The notes under the pieces were generated by a model. That model worked only from the letters and a program-made list of their open reading frames with translations. It searched no databases and was not told where the DNA came from. Below are positions 26,700 to 53,109 of a stretch of DNA of 64,000 nt, piece by piece. Each line of letters starts with the position of its first letter. Position 1 is the first letter of the stretch. A program made the position numbers and the translations under genes. This stretch comes from the human T2T-CHM13v2.0 reference genome, Homo sapiens: the NCBI RefSeq assembly GCF_009914755.1, contig NC_060929.1. One strand, given 5' to 3'.

Positions 26700-28620
26700 T
26701 CAAGGACTAGGTAGGAATTCCTAGATACACCAGCCCTTGCTAGGGTTCTGGGATACAGAATGAACAAAACAGGGAAGGGTATATTTCTTACGGCGTTTAC
26801 CTTGTGGTGGAGACGGGATAAAGGCAAATGTGACTGGTGGAGCTAAGGACTGTGAAGAAAATCGAGCAGGGTTTGAGGATGGGAGCTAGTGGGGACGGTG
26901 CTAGTTTAAACTTTTAAATAGGGTGGTCTGGAAAGGTCTATTTGAGAAGGTAATATTTGAACAGAGGAAGGGAAGGAAGTATCCCGCCATGCAGCTGGGG
27001 TAGGGGAGAGGGTGGAAGTGAAGGTGCCCCAGGGGAGGAGACATTGAGTGCAAAGATGAGAAAGGACACACCTGGGTGTTCCAGGAGCAGCCAGAACACC
27101 AGTGCGACTGCAGGAGAAGCAGGGATGATGGGAGGTGAGTTCAGGAGGAGGGGCAGAGATGATGGGAGGCGAGTTCAGGAGGAGGGGCAGGGGTAATGAC
27201 AGGCGAGTTCAGGAGGAGGGACAGGGATAATGACAGGCAAGTTCAGGAGGAGGGGCAGGGATAATGACAGGCGAGTTCAGGAGGGGCAGGGATGATGGGA
27301 GGCTGGTACAGGAAGGGCAGGGATGATGGAGGCAAGTTCAGGAGGAGGGGCAGGGATAATGACAGTTGAGTTCAGGAGAGGGGGCAGGGATAATGACAGG
27401 CAAGTTCAGGAGGGGCAGGGATAATGACAGGCGAGTTCAGGAGGAGGGGCAGGGATAATGACAGGCTAGTTCAGGAGGAGGGGCAGGGATAATGACAGGC
27501 TAGTTCAGGAGGAGGGGCAGGGATAATGACAGGCGAGTTCAGGAGGGGCAGGGATAATGACAGGTGAGTTCAGGAGGGGCAGGGATGATGGAGGCAAGTT
27601 CAGGAGGGGCAGGGAGGACAGAGGTGAGTTCAGGAGGAGGGGCAGGGATGACAGAGGCAAGTTCAGGAGGAGGGGCAGGGATGATGAGAGGCGAGTTCAG
27701 GAGAGGCATAGATGATGGAGGCGAGTTCAGGAGAGTCAGGGATGATGAGAGGCAAGCTCAGGAGGGGCAGGGATGATGGAGGCGAGTTCAGAAGCAGAGG
27801 CAGGGATGATGGGAGGCCAGCTCAGGAGGGACAGGGATGATGGAGGCAAATTCAGGAGGAGGGGCAGGGATGATGGAGGCAAATTCAAGAGGAGGGGCAG
27901 GGATGATGGGAGGTGAGTTCAGGAGAGGCAGGGATGATGGAGGCCAGTTCAGGAGAGGCAGGGATGATGGGAGGCAAGCTCAGGAAGAGCAGGGATGATG
28001 GAGGCGAGTTCAGGAGAGGCAGGGATGATGGAGGCGAGTTCATGACAAGCAGGGATGACAAGAGGCAAGTTCAGGAGAAGCAGGGATGATGGGAGGCTAG
28101 TTCAGGAGAGGCAGGGATGATGGAGGCGAGTTCAGGAGAAGGGGCAGGGATGACAAGAGGAGAGTTCAGGGGAGGAAGGGATTATGGAGGCAAGCTCAGG
28201 AGAAGCAGGGATGATGGGAGGCAATTTCAGGAGGGGCAGAGATGATGGAGGCAAGTTCAGGAGGAGGGGCAGGAATGATGGAGGTGAGTTCAGGAAAGGC
28301 AGGGATGGTAGGAGGCGAGTTCAGGAGGGGCTGGGATGGAAGGGCCACGCAGCCATGGTAAGGCCTTTGGTTTTATGAAATGGGTAAGACCTTAGGAGAA
28401 TTTCAAGCCGAGGAATGACATGATCTGACAGGTTTTAGAAATACTGTTCCAGCTGCTATGGGGAGAGCAGACTGGCAAGTCAGGCAAGTGGAAATGGTAA
28501 GAATTGATGGGATTCTGGATATATTTTGAAGACCAAGTTGACAGAATTTCCTCATTCTTTGGATGTTGGATATAGAGGAAAAAAGACAAGTCAAGGATGA
28601 CTCCAAAGGGAGATCTATTG
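26700..28620 (-). mobile_element. L2 remnant interrupted by the minisatellite
   Basis: L2-like flanks: GCTAGGGTTCTGGGATACAGAATGAACAAAAC; AATAGGGTGGTCTGGAAAGG...TGAGAAGGTAATATTTGA; GACATGATCTGAC; TTCTGGATATATTTTGAAG; GTCAAGGATGACTCC. Confidence 0.6.
27110..28340 (+). repeat. G-rich minisatellite (VNTR), unit ~32-36 bp, consensus GGCAGGGAT(G/A)ATG(G/AC)AGGC(G/A)AGTTCAGGAG(GAG)G, ~35 copies
   Basis: Directly visible tandem array. Confidence 0.95.
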
Positions 28621-28751
28621 ACAAGGATCCAAAGGAAACACATAAAGAATATTTTAAGGTAAAGGAAAATTTTCTGTAAAATATTTGAATGTATAATGAA
28701 TTATATATCATTAGAATTTAAATGATAAAAATAATTATACATAGATTCAGT

Positions 28752-29817
<1,066 letters not shown>

Positions 29818-32522
29818 TAGGTATGATCATGGATTATTGATTACATTATACTGTGTTCACCCATTTGAGAAATCTTTGCTGGTTCCCGGTTGTCTATGGG
29901 ATAGAATCTAAAAGACTGTCATCCAGATCTCATCTTAAATATGACCACATACTTCACCCAACCTCTCCTGGCCCATTTCCTTTCAAGGTCTGTAACCCTC
30001 ACTGCATCCCTAGGCCTTTCTACCACATGTCCCTGTTTTATTCTCTTGATAGTATTACTGATTTTCTTATTTATTCACCTATCTTGCTTACTGCTGTATC
30101 CCAGTACTTAAACCATACCTGTTATGTAGTGTTGTCCTCTGCAATTGTGGATGACTTGGCTTGAAATTAAAGACCTTCCACAAGACTCTTTTGGGAACGA
30201 AATTATTCCCAAGAGACATTGTGACACCCCCTTTTCTACCTGGAATGGTTTGAATATGATTCTGCCAGGAAGCAAAGAGCTGGAGCAGAAGACTTCTTAA
30301 GGCCCATTCTGCCTTTTAGAAACGTTTGACCTCTCCCCATGTCTATTTGCCACTGGGAAAATCTGTCCTTTGCCAGAAGAAACAATGAGACAGCAGCATG
30401 TTCCATTTCCCTGCGAAGCCTTAAGCCTGGGCAAAATTGTACAATCTAGTCACGCAGTTGAAACTCAACTCTTGGAAGGGAAGGAAGGAGAGAGCTTTTT
30501 ATACTCAAGAGCTAAGACTAAAATATATAAAGATAAATAACAATGCTGGCAGTAAGTATAGGCAGCCTCTCTGACAGCAAAATTCAACTTTTAAAAATTA
30601 GGCAATTCTTCAAACTGCAGCTAGACTTTAGGAAATTAGGGTTTGTGTTCAAGTGGGCACATTACAATTTCATAAAAATTCCCTTAGCTATTTCTCTGCT
30701 GTGGACTTTCAAAGATAAAGATGCACTCAATGTTTCTGATTATGTTGCTGGGCAAATCAGGGATCATGGAATAATTGGAGATGCAGAGGCTGGAAGCCAT
30801 TTGGAAAGAAATAAATCAGAGGTCAACCTGCAGTGTCCTCGGTTAATAGGCTGGGCCAGGCCTTCACACCATACCCCTGCCCCACTCCTACTTCTTCTAC
30901 TTTCAGTCAAGATCCCTTCAGTCAAGTTCAACCAAAAACAGCAGAATATCCTAAGTCCATACCTACCAAAATTGTTCTGTTTTGAAACAGGTGATGTTAA
31001 AGGGCAAAAACTCCCCGCTGTGTGACAAATGTCGTAATGGGTGAAAACAGCAGGCAGGCCCTTTAAGAGCAAAGGGTCACTGTGCCTTCCAAACCATGAT
31101 TATTCCAAGTCAAGGATAAGAATGTTTAACAAGAGAATTAGGTTTTGTCTCCTAGCAAGTAGTCTCCACTAGTTTAAGTCCAGAAATGTCTTGCTTTAAG
31201 AATACCCAGCATAAGAAAATCAGATCCTACCAACTTAAAAGTAGATAGAAGAAAGCCTAATGTCAACCCTCTCTCATTTCACCCAAAGGAAGCTAAGGCT
31301 CCAACACACTGAATTCCATGTCCCAGGGGGTTCACCTGAGCCCAGACGGGATCCAGGATATCTTTACTCCCAATTACAGTGATCAACCATCCTGGTTTCC
31401 CCAGAACTGCACCTGTTTTAGTATGGCAAGGCCCTTATCTGACTTCCAGTTTCTGATCTGACATGTAAGGAGTTTGGAAGTCATCACCTTGTCCTAGTAA
31501 AAAGCTAAACAAACTGAAAAATCAATAATTCTTTTCAGATCCGTCAGAGAAGGAAGGTTCATGGGGAAAACCACTGCCCCAAAAGTTGGACATATAGACA
31601 GGCAGAGACAGAAAATCACAACTCACCAGAGCAGAAGCCCATGAGCAGAAACCTGTGTGGGAACCAGTACTGCAGTAAGATGACCTGAACTGTAATTGAT
31701 GAATTGCCAGAGGCTCAGGGTGGACAAGCCTGAGAGTTAAAAATTACAGGGGGCCTCAGTTATAGGAAGGCCCTCACACTTCTGTGAGTCTTATCTCTAG
31801 AAGCCTACCAGGTTCTCACAGTGAAGGCAGAAGAAAAATCCCCTCCTGCTTACAGCAGAAAGAGGGGGAAAGCAGCCATTTTGAAATACACCAGGGAATT
31901 CTGTACTTCTTAACAAGGCTTGCGCGCAAGAAAAATATTTTAACAGAGCTTACCCTGTTGGGGTTATATCAGAGTCCAACTTAACTGGGGGAAGGAAATA
32001 CCCAACTGCATCCCACTCTGGCCTTCCATGTGGGGGAAGGAGAATACACAACTCGGACCGCCTCTAACCATCCTGTCCTACATAAGGTGGGGGACAGGGA
32101 ACACTGGGGAACATTATAAAGGTCACAGTCCAGGGGCACAGGCTCACTAAAAGACCACAATCCAATTATAGGGCTATAGAGCACCTCCCCCAGCCAACAC
32201 CTCACCACCACACATCTAAATGCCCATTTACCAGAGTTCCCTTCATCCAGGTGTGGCTATTAAGAAAAAAATTGCAGGCACACTAAAAGGCCAAAAACAC
32301 ATTTTGAAGAGACTGAACAAGTGTCAGAACTAAAGTCAGGTGTGGCAGGATGGTTGGAACTATCAGACAAGAGTTTAAGACAACTATGATTTATATGATA
32401 AGGGTTCTAACGGAAAAAAATAGACAACATGCAAAAACAGATGTGTAACATAAGCAGAGAGATGGAAATTCTAAGAAAGAATTAAACAGAAATGCTAGAA
32501 ATAAAAAGCATTGTAACTAACA

Positions 32523-32832
32523 GGCTAGGCACAGGGGCTCACACCTGCAATCCCAGCACTTTGGGATGCCAAAGTGGGAGGATTGCTTGAAGCCAGGAGT
32601 TCAAGACCAGCCTGGGCAACACAGTGATACCCTATCTCTATAAAAATGTTTTAAAAATTAGCCAGGCATGGTGGCGTGTGCCAGTAGTCCCAGCTACTTG
32701 GGAGGCTAGGCCACAGGACTGCTGCAGCCCAGGAGTTTGAGGCTGCAGTGAGCTATGACTGCGTCACTGCACTCTAGCCTAGGCTACAGAACAAGAACCT
32801 ACCTCTAAAAATAATAAAAAATAAAATAAAAA
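32523..32832 (+). mobile_element. AluJ-like
   Basis: GGCTAGGCACAGGGGCTCACACC...GAGGATTGCTTGA...GAGGCTGCAGTGAGCTATG, with A-rich tail. Confidence 0.9.
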
Positions 32833-33199
32833 CCACTGTAACAGACTTGAAGAATACCTTCCATGGGTTCTTTTGTAGACTGGACATGGCTGAGGAAAGA
32901 AACTTTGAGCTTGAGCATATGTCAGTAGAAATTTTAAAACTGAAAATCAGAGAGAAAAAAGACTGAAAAAAAGCAATACAGAATATCCAAAAACTGTGGG
33001 ACAACTACAAATGATGTAGTAACACGCATGTGATGAGAATACCAGAAGAAGAAAGAAAGGAAAACAAGCAATATTTGAAGCAATAATGACTGAGAATTTC
33101 CCCAAAATTACTGTCAGACACCAAACCACAGACAACACCAAGCAGGACAAATGCCAAAAAAAAAAAAAAAAAAGAAAAACCACACTGGGCATTTAATAT

Positions 33200-33525
33200 T
33201 TTTCTTTTATTTTCTTTTTATTTTTTATTTTATTTCATTTATTTTTTTTTGAGGGTCTGTCATCCAGGCTGGGCTGGAGTACATAAGTGTGATCACCACT
33301 CACTGTAGCCTTGACCTCCTGGGCTCAAGCAATCCTCCCACCTCAGCCTCTTGAGTAGATGAGAGACAGGCACATGCCACCACACCTGGCTAATTTTTGT
33401 CTCGATAACAAAATACAAAAATTAGCCAGAGTTTCACCATGTTGCCCAGGCTAGTCTCAAACTCCTGGGCTCAAGCAATTTTGCCACTTCAGCCTCCCAA
33501 AGTGCTGGTATTAAAGGCATGAGCC
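33200..33525 (-). mobile_element. AluJ-like with an internal micro-inversion
   Basis: T-rich tail; CTCCTGGGCTCAAGCAATCC twice; GCCTCCCAAAGTGCTG. Confidence 0.88.
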
Positions 33526-34417
33526 TTAAATTTAAACTGCAGAAAACCAAAGATGAAAAACTCTTAAGAAACCAAAGGAGAAAAAAAAATCCTTACCTAT
33601 AGAGGAGCAAAGATATTAATTACATCTGACTCTTCAGAAAACATTCAAACAAGGAGATAATGGGATGAAATATTTAAAATGTTAAGAAAAAGAAAACTCC
33701 CCAACCTGGAATTCCGTATTCTGTGAAATTATCCTTCAAAAGTAAAGGAGAAATAAAGACTTTCTTAGAAAAGCAAAAATTAAGAAAATTTGTTACCATT
33801 ACACCTGCCTTGTAAGAAATGCTAAAACCTCTTCAAATAAGAAAATTATAAAGACCAGAAACTCAGATTTACATTTAAAAAGAAAGAACATTAGAGAAGG
33901 AAGAATTGAAAGTAAATTAAAATCTCTTATTTTCTCATTCTTAATTGATCTAACAACAGTTTGTTCAAAATAATAATAGCAACAATGTTAACAATGATTA
34001 CGGCTTATGCATAAGTGAAATGAATAACAGCAATGATGAAAGAGATGGGAGGGAGAATATGAGTATTTTGTTATTATAAGCTACTAGCATTACCCGGGAA
34101 GCAATATAGTATTTTTTGAAAATGAACTTGGATTCATCGTAAATGTATATTGCAAACTATATGCCAACCACTTCAAAATTTAAAAGTATACGCTTTTTAG
34201 CATTTGATGGATATGCTAAAAAAAAAAAAGACAGTAGAATCACATAAAGTGCTCAATTAAAACCAAAAAAGGTAGAAAAATAATGGAAGACAAATAGGAA
34301 CAAAGAACAAAAGGAATAAATAGAAAACAGTAACAAAAAATGATATATATTAATCCAACTATATCAACAATTACTTTAAATGTCAATGGTCCAAACACAC
34401 CAATTAAAAGACATCAT

Positions 34418-34684
34418 GGCTAGGCACAGTGGCTCATGCCTGTAATCCCGGCACTTTGGGAGGCCCAGTGGGGGGTGGATCACTTGAGGCCAGGAGTTCA
34501 AGACCAGCCTGGCCAACATAGTGAAGCCCTGTCTCTACTAAAAATACAAAAATTAGCCGGGCACAATGATGAATTCCTGTAATCCCAGCTACAAGGGAGG
34601 CTGAGGCATGAGGATAGCTTGAACCTGGGAGGCAAAGGCTGCAGTGAGCCCAGATCACACCACCACTGCACTCTAGCCTGGGCT
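34418..34684 (+). mobile_element. Alu lacking its 3' end and tail
   Basis: GGCTAGGCACAGTGGCTCATGCC ... CACTGCACTCTAGCCTGGGC, then non-Alu sequence. Confidence 0.9.
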
Positions 34685-34846
34685 GGAGTAACCACTTGTA
34701 TATGTAACCACTTTATTGAGGTCTGATTGGCATACACAAAGCTGTTTGGATATATGGTGGATATGTTAAATTGCTTGAATGTAGGAATCACTTTACTATG
34801 TGTGTGTGTGTATCTATCTATCTATCTATCTATCCTGGGATCACTA

Positions 34847-34969
34847 CAGTCATGTGCTGTATAATGGCATTTTGGTCAACAGTGAGCTACATATACAACA
34901 GTGGTCCCATAAGATTATAATGGAGCTGAAAACTTCCTATCACCTAGTGAAGTCATAGCTGTCATAATG
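34847..34969 (+). mobile_element. Tigger3/GOLEM-like DNA transposon, left end only
   Basis: TA|CAGTCATGTGCTGTATAATG...TTTTGGTCAAC...GGTCCCATAAGATTATAATGGAGCTGAAAA. Truncated by the adjacent L1. Confidence 0.7.
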
Positions 34970-38781
<3,812 letters not shown>

Positions 38782-40083
38782 TTAACTCAGAACAGATCAT
38801 ACACCTAAGTATAAACTGCAAAACTATAAAACTATTTGAAGATAACAGGAGAAAATCTAGATACTCTTGGGTATGGTAATGACTTTCTGGACACAATACC
38901 GAAGGCACGATCTATGAAAGAAATAATTGATGAGCTACACTTCCTTACAATAAAAAAATTCTCTTCTATGAAAGACATGATCAAGAGAATGAGAAGACAA
39001 ACCACAGATGAGAAAAGTATTTGCAAAAGACATATCTAATAAAGAACTTTTAATCCAAAATTTACAAAGAACTTGTAAAACTCAGCAGTATGAAAAAAAT
39101 AACCTGATTAAAAAATAAAAAGACCTGAACAGATACTTCACCAAAGATGATACACAGATGGCAAATAAATATATAAAAAGATGCATCAAATGTCACTAGG
39201 AAATTGCAAATTAAAACAACAATGAAATACCTCTACACACCTGTTAGAATAGCCAAAATTCCAAGCACTAACAATACCAAATACTGGTGAGGATATGAAG
39301 CAACAAGAATTTTAATTCATTGCCAATGGGAATGCAAAATGTTACAGCCACTTTGGAAGACAGTTCGGCAATTTCTTATATCCTGTTAACGCAGGATCCA
39401 GCAATCATGCTCATATGTATTTACTCAAATAAGTTGAAAATTTTTGTCTACACAAAAATCTGTACATGGATGTTTATGGCAGCTTTATTCATAATTGCCA
39501 AAACTTGGAAGCAAACAAGATATCCTTCAGTAGATGAATGTATAAGTAAGCAGTGCAGTGATACATCCAGACAATGGAATATTATTCAGCACTAAAAAGA
39601 AATGAGCTATCAAGCCAGGAAAAGACATGGAGGAAATGCCTATTACTAAGTAAAAGAAGCCAATCTAAAAAGGCTATATACTATACAATTCTAACTATAT
39701 AACATTCTGGAAAAGGCAAATCCATGGAGACAGTAAAAAGATCACTGTTTGTCAGGGATTTGGGAGAAAGGAGGGCTAAGTGGGTGGCACACAGAGGATT
39801 CTTGGAGCACTGAAACTATTCTGTATGATACTATAATGGTGGATGCATGTCATTATACATTTGTCCAAAACCATAGAATATACAACACCAACCCTGATGT
39901 AAACTGTGGATTTGGGGTGATAATAACGTGTCAAAGTAGGCTCAATTGATTGTAGCACATGTTCCCTCTGTGGTGGTTGTTGATAGTGGAGGAGGCTGTG
40001 CATGTGTTGGGGAAGGAGGTAATATGGGAAGTCTCTGTACTTTCTGTTCATTTATGCTGGGAACCTAAAACTACTCTAAAAGT
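38782..40083 (+). mobile_element. Old L1 (L1MC-like) ORF2 C-terminus and 3' UTR, probably the continuation of 31440-34415
   Basis: ITGENLDTLGYGNDFLDTIPKARSMKEIIDELHF and WMFMAALFIIAKTWKQ, followed by an L1MC 3' UTR. Confidence 0.8.
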
Positions 40084-40987
40084 ATTGTTTATTTTTTTAA
40101 AGGGCCCTTATCCCAGGAAACCTCTCAGTCACAGGCAGACAGTGACAGTTGGTCACCTTATTCCCAAGCTGAGATAAGTTCTGCTTGTGCCTCACTCAGA
40201 AATGAGGGCAAAGTGTCTCTGAAACGATCACATTAGTTAATGGAGAAATGTGGCTTGGTTTCTAGAAGTTGGCTTTCATGAGAAGTCTTCTGAAATGGGC
40301 CTACTATATAAAACAAGACATACCTATTTTCAAAATCCTCATAAAGCAAATATTTGAAAGTGGATTTCTCAAATCATGGGTTAAGATGAATTACATCAGT
40401 ACCTCTGTCCTCAGGCTGTGAGCCATTCTCCCAGGAGACAGCATCTCCTAAAATTAGTCTATTCACCTACACACACAAGGATTTATAGATTATTTTTGTA
40501 CAAACCTTACTGAACAGAGGGAAAAAGATAGACTCACCTTCTAAAATACATGTTTTAAGACTTTTAGAGAAATCATATTTTATCTGTTAAAAAAATCTAT
40601 GCACCTGAGGTGCCCCCCAGATCCTTTAAGGACTGTAAAATTTGTAATTATTGTATCAGGAGGTGGTGAAAGGGGGTTGGAGAAAGAGAATAAATACCAC
40701 AAGGACTCTTGTGCTGTGAAGACTGGTACTGAGGAGTCAAGCAGTCAACAAGCGAGGATCCCCATTCACCTGCACCTTCACATCTGCCTTCTCCTGAGGC
40801 TGATGCACCTTGCTGGACCTCTGGAGACACCTTTTAGATAATGAGGTGCCTGCCCTTTCCTGTAGAATTTTCCCTAATCCTTTGTTTCACTCTAGCAGAC
40901 ATTGTAAATGAGTGTTCCTAGAAAATTTAAATTAAGCCCATCCTGCAAACACTGAAAGTGAGGTGAGTAACTGTACTGATGAAAATG

Positions 40988-41158
40988 GCACTTCTCAAAC
41001 TTCAACGTGCCTTGAAAACACCTGGGATCTTGTACTGTGCATGTTCTCATGCTGTGGGTTGGGGTGGGGTCTGAGCTTCTGCATTTCTGACAAGCTGCCC
41101 CAAGCTCCCAGGTGATGTCAATGCAGGAGTAGCAAGTCCCAGGAGTAGCAAGGACTAA
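40988..41158. mobile_element. MER5B-like remnant
   Basis: CTTCTCAAACTT...CACCTGGGATCTTG...GGTGGGGTCTGAG..TTCTGCATTTCTGACAAGCT...CCCAGGTGATG. Confidence 0.6.
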
Positions 41159-42033
41159 AGTGTCTCACCCCAGATGAGCCTGGGACTCACCCTTCCCAGA
41201 CAAATTGGATTCCACACAACTTTCCATATAATTGGATTCTTATTCCTTGAGGTTAAGAAACTTTGTCATGAGGCTTTAAGATACCTTCTCTACACTGACA
41301 ATTCCCAAATTCACATCTCCAGTCTACATGTCTCCTCTCAGTTTTCAGACTTATAAATCCCACTGCCTGCTTAATAGCTCCACTTGAATGCCTAACACAC
41401 TTCAAACTTAATATATCCAAAACTGAACTCTGGATCTGCTCCACCAAAAATTAATGTAAACAGTGAATCAATCAAAAACCTGCTCCACCACTGGCCTCCC
41501 CCAACCCATAGAAGGAATCCCATCCTTCTAACTTCTCATACTGAAACCTTGGAGTTATCCTTGAATCCTGTCTTTCTCTCACACTCCCCATCCAATCTGT
41601 CATTAATCTTTTCAGCTCCCCATCATTTCTCCTGCATTCACTCTGGCCTAAGCCATTATCATCTGCTTGGATTTCTGCAGTAGCCTCCTAACCAATCTCC
41701 CTACCACTGACCTTGTCCCCAGTCATAGGTTGTATGCCCCCAAAAAGATACATCCACATCCTAACCCCTGTAACCTGCGAATATGACCGTATTTGCAAAA
41801 GACCTTTTTGCAGATATAATTGAGAATCTCAAGATGAGATCATCCTGCATTATCTGAGTGGGCTAAATCCAATGACAAGTGTCCCCCTAGGAGTAAAGTA
41901 GAGGGAGATTTGAGAGAGAGAAGGGTTCGTGAAGATGGCAGCAGAGATTGGAATTATGCAGCCATAAACCAAGGAATATCTGGAGCCACTACTTGCTGGA
42001 AGAGGCAAAGAACAGGTTCTCTCCTAGAGCCCC

Positions 42034-42891
42034 TGTGATGGTTACTTTTATGTGGCAACTTGACTGGGCCAAGGGTGCCCAGGTATTTTGTCAACATTAC
42101 TCTGTGTGTCTGGTGAGAGTGTTCTGGATGAGAATAACACTTAAATCAGTAGAAGAGTAAAGCAGATTTCTCTCCGTAATGTGAGAGGGTCTCCACCAAT
42201 CAATTGAAGGCCTCAATAGAACAAAAAGGCTGACCCTCCCCCAGTAAGATAACTCCTCCTGCTTGACTGATTGAGCCGAGACACTGGTCTTTTCCTGCCT
42301 TTGGACTTGTGCTGGAGATACACATTGGCTCTTCTGGGTCTCCAGCTTGCCAATTGCAGACCTTGGGACCTCTCAGCCTCCAAAATCATGTGAACCATTT
42401 CCTTATAACAAATCTCTGCATACATGTGTGTGCATGTGTGTGTGTGTCTATGTGTGTGTGTACACATACATACACAGAGGATGGCTCGATTTGAGCAGGG
42501 TTATAATCCGATAAACCCATTGTACATGGAAAATATTGTAAGTCAAAAATGCATGTAAGACAACTAACCTACTGAACATCATAGATTAGCCTAGCCTACT
42601 TTAAACGTCCTCAGAACATTTACATCAGCCTACAGTTTGGCAAAATCAGCTAACACAAAGACTATTTTATAACAAAGTATTGATTATCTCACGTGATTTA
42701 TTGAAAAGATCAAAATTCAAAGTAGGTTTCTACTGAATGTGTGTCACTTTCACACCATTGTGAAGTCAAAAAATTATTAAGTCAAACCACTGTAAGTCAG
42801 GGACCATCTATGTACATATACATATAAACACATACACACACACACACACACCCTATTAGTTCTGTTTCTCTGGAGAATCCTGATTAATACA
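42034..42891 (+). mobile_element. MLT2 (ERVL) solo LTR
   Basis: TGTGATGGTTACTTTTATGTGGCAACTTGACTGGGCC ... TCTGGAGAATCCTGATTAATACA. 5-bp TSD GCCCC at 42029-42033 and 42892-42896. Confidence 0.88.
42475..42810 (+). mobile_element. MER47A/Tigger5-like DNA transposon inside the MLT2 microsatellite
   Basis: CCGATAAACCCATTGT...GAAAATATTGTAAGTCAAAAATGCA...TAGCCTAGCCTAC, ending GTAAGTCAGGGACCATCT. Confidence 0.7.
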
Positions 42892-44071
42892 GCCCCAGAG
42901 GGAGTACACCTCTTCCAACACCTTGACCAGATCTCCAGCCTCCAAAACTGTGAGAATAAATTTCTGATGTCTTGAACCATCCCGTTTGTGGTCATTTGTT
43001 TTGGCAGCTGCAGAAAACGAATACACATCCCTATCGTCTAATCTCAACTAGCAGGCAGAAGATTCTGTTGAATCAAAAGTCAGATCACTCCCTTGCTCAT
43101 AATGGAAGCTCCTACAGTGGCTTCCCATTTCATTCAGAGTAAAAGTCAAAGTATGTGCGAAGCCCTGAGGAATCTGCTTCCACTCTCCCCCCATTTCCTC
43201 TCTGATTTCCTCCCCTCCTGCTTCCCCTCCTGCTCCTCCACTCCAGCCACACTGGCTTCCTTGCTGTCCCTTGAACACACCAACGATGACCCCATCTCAG
43301 TGCCCTGATCTTCTCCCGAGGTCTGGGTGGCCAATTCCTTCACCTCCTTCTAGTCTGGTTAAATTTCACTTTCTCAATGTGGAGGTTAGGATAGACAGTT
43401 ATAAATGTCTTTTGCAAATAAGGTCATATTCACAGGTTAGAGGGGTTTGGATGTGGATATATCTTTTGAGGGGCATTCAACAGGCCAGAGTGAATGCAGG
43501 AGAAATGGTGGGGAGCTGAAAAGATTAGTGACAGATTAGATGGGGAATGTGAGAGAAAGACAGGATTTAAGGATAACTACAAGGTTTTGGTATGAGAAGT
43601 TAGAAGGAGGAGATTCCTTCTATGGGTTGGGGGAGGCCAATGGTGGAGCAGGTTTTTTATTGATTCACTGTTTAAGGTCAGGATAGACCTCCTCATTGAG
43701 AAAGTGAAATTTAATCAAAGACTAGAAGCAGGTGAAGGAAACCTGATTTTTTTCTAAACTGTAAACCTCAGTTTCCAAATATTCTTATCCTGCTCTACTT
43801 TCTATTTTTCCATAGTACTAATCATCTTCCAACATATTAGATAATTTCCATATTTACTATATTTATTATCTGTCTTCACTGGAAGACTATAAGCTCCCAG
43901 GTGAAAGGAATTTTTACTCCTTTGTTCGCTAACATATCATAAGTGCCTTAAATAGTGCCTGACACATAGTAGGTATCCAATACACATTGAATGAATGAAT
44001 GAATGAATGAATGAAGCTTTTTCAAGATCACAGTAAATGTAGAGTTCAAATTCAAACCTAACACTGGCTCT

Positions 44072-52569
<8,498 letters not shown>

Positions 52570-53109
52570 AAGACTGGCTCTAAGACCTATACTATTTCTA
52601 ATCCATACCACCTCACTAGATTGTTGTTACAATACTGCCCCTGAAATGCCTGCCTATGGGCATCTTTGTACGTGAAACACTAAGAGGGGACCCTCTTCGA
52701 ATTCTCTTGTAAACACACTTGAAGAGAGTGCAGGGCAGACTTACCTTAGCCATGGCAGGAGTTACAAATCAGAGTACGATGTTAGCTGTGTGTGTAAGGA
52801 GAGGACGGTAGGGAAGAATAGAGGTGATCATATTTCTTAATCAGAAAATAAACCAAAAGTAACTTAAGTAACTCCACAAGGCAATAAATCAGAAATGCCC
52901 AAAATTAGAGAACAGTCAAATGCCACTAAGACAAACACCCACTAATGCTAGAATTGCCTCTAACTCAATCCCACCAAGAAGGTAGCTCAACTCTTACCTT
53001 CAATTAATACCTGAAATTTAACTTTTCTTCCTTTTATTGAGTAAAATATACCTTCTTAAAGTATTCACCATCAACTCCTCCAAATCAGACCTTATTCCCA
53101 TACATTAGA

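Larger units (their letters stand above)
31440..34415 (+). mobile_element. Old L1 (L1MC-like) 5' UTR, ORF1 remnant and first codons of ORF2, interrupted by Alus
   Basis: 5' end GACTTCCAGTTTCTGATCTGACATGTAAG. ORF1 remnants (TTATCCTTCAAAAGTAAAGGAGAAATAAAGAC). ORF2 start ATTACTTTAAATGTCAATGGTCCAAACACACCAATTAAAAGACA at ~34370-34413. Confidence 0.75.
41722..43025 (+). mobile_element. MLT1 (MaLR) solo LTR split by an MLT2 LTR
   Basis: CCCCCAAAAAGATACATCCACATCCTAACCCC...GAGATCATCCTG, and end CAGCCTCCAAAACTGTGAGAATAAATTTCTG...GAAAACGAATACA. Confidence 0.8.
41290..43400 (+). mobile_element. L2 remnant hosting the LTR nest
   Basis: CACTGCCTGCTTAATAGCTCCACTTGAATGCCTAAC...CAAACTTAATATATCCAAAACTGAACTC; after the LTR, CTCCAGCCACACTGGCTTCCTTGCTGT. 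Confidence 0.65.

Noticed and set aside
27110-28340. Repeat array resembling a CRISPR array
   Set aside because: Units are contiguous with no unique spacers, there are no cas genes, and the context is primate DNA.
30543-31025. 160-aa ATG-initiated ORF in unique sequence
   Set aside because: No recognisable homology, promoter or splice context. Length is within the chance range.
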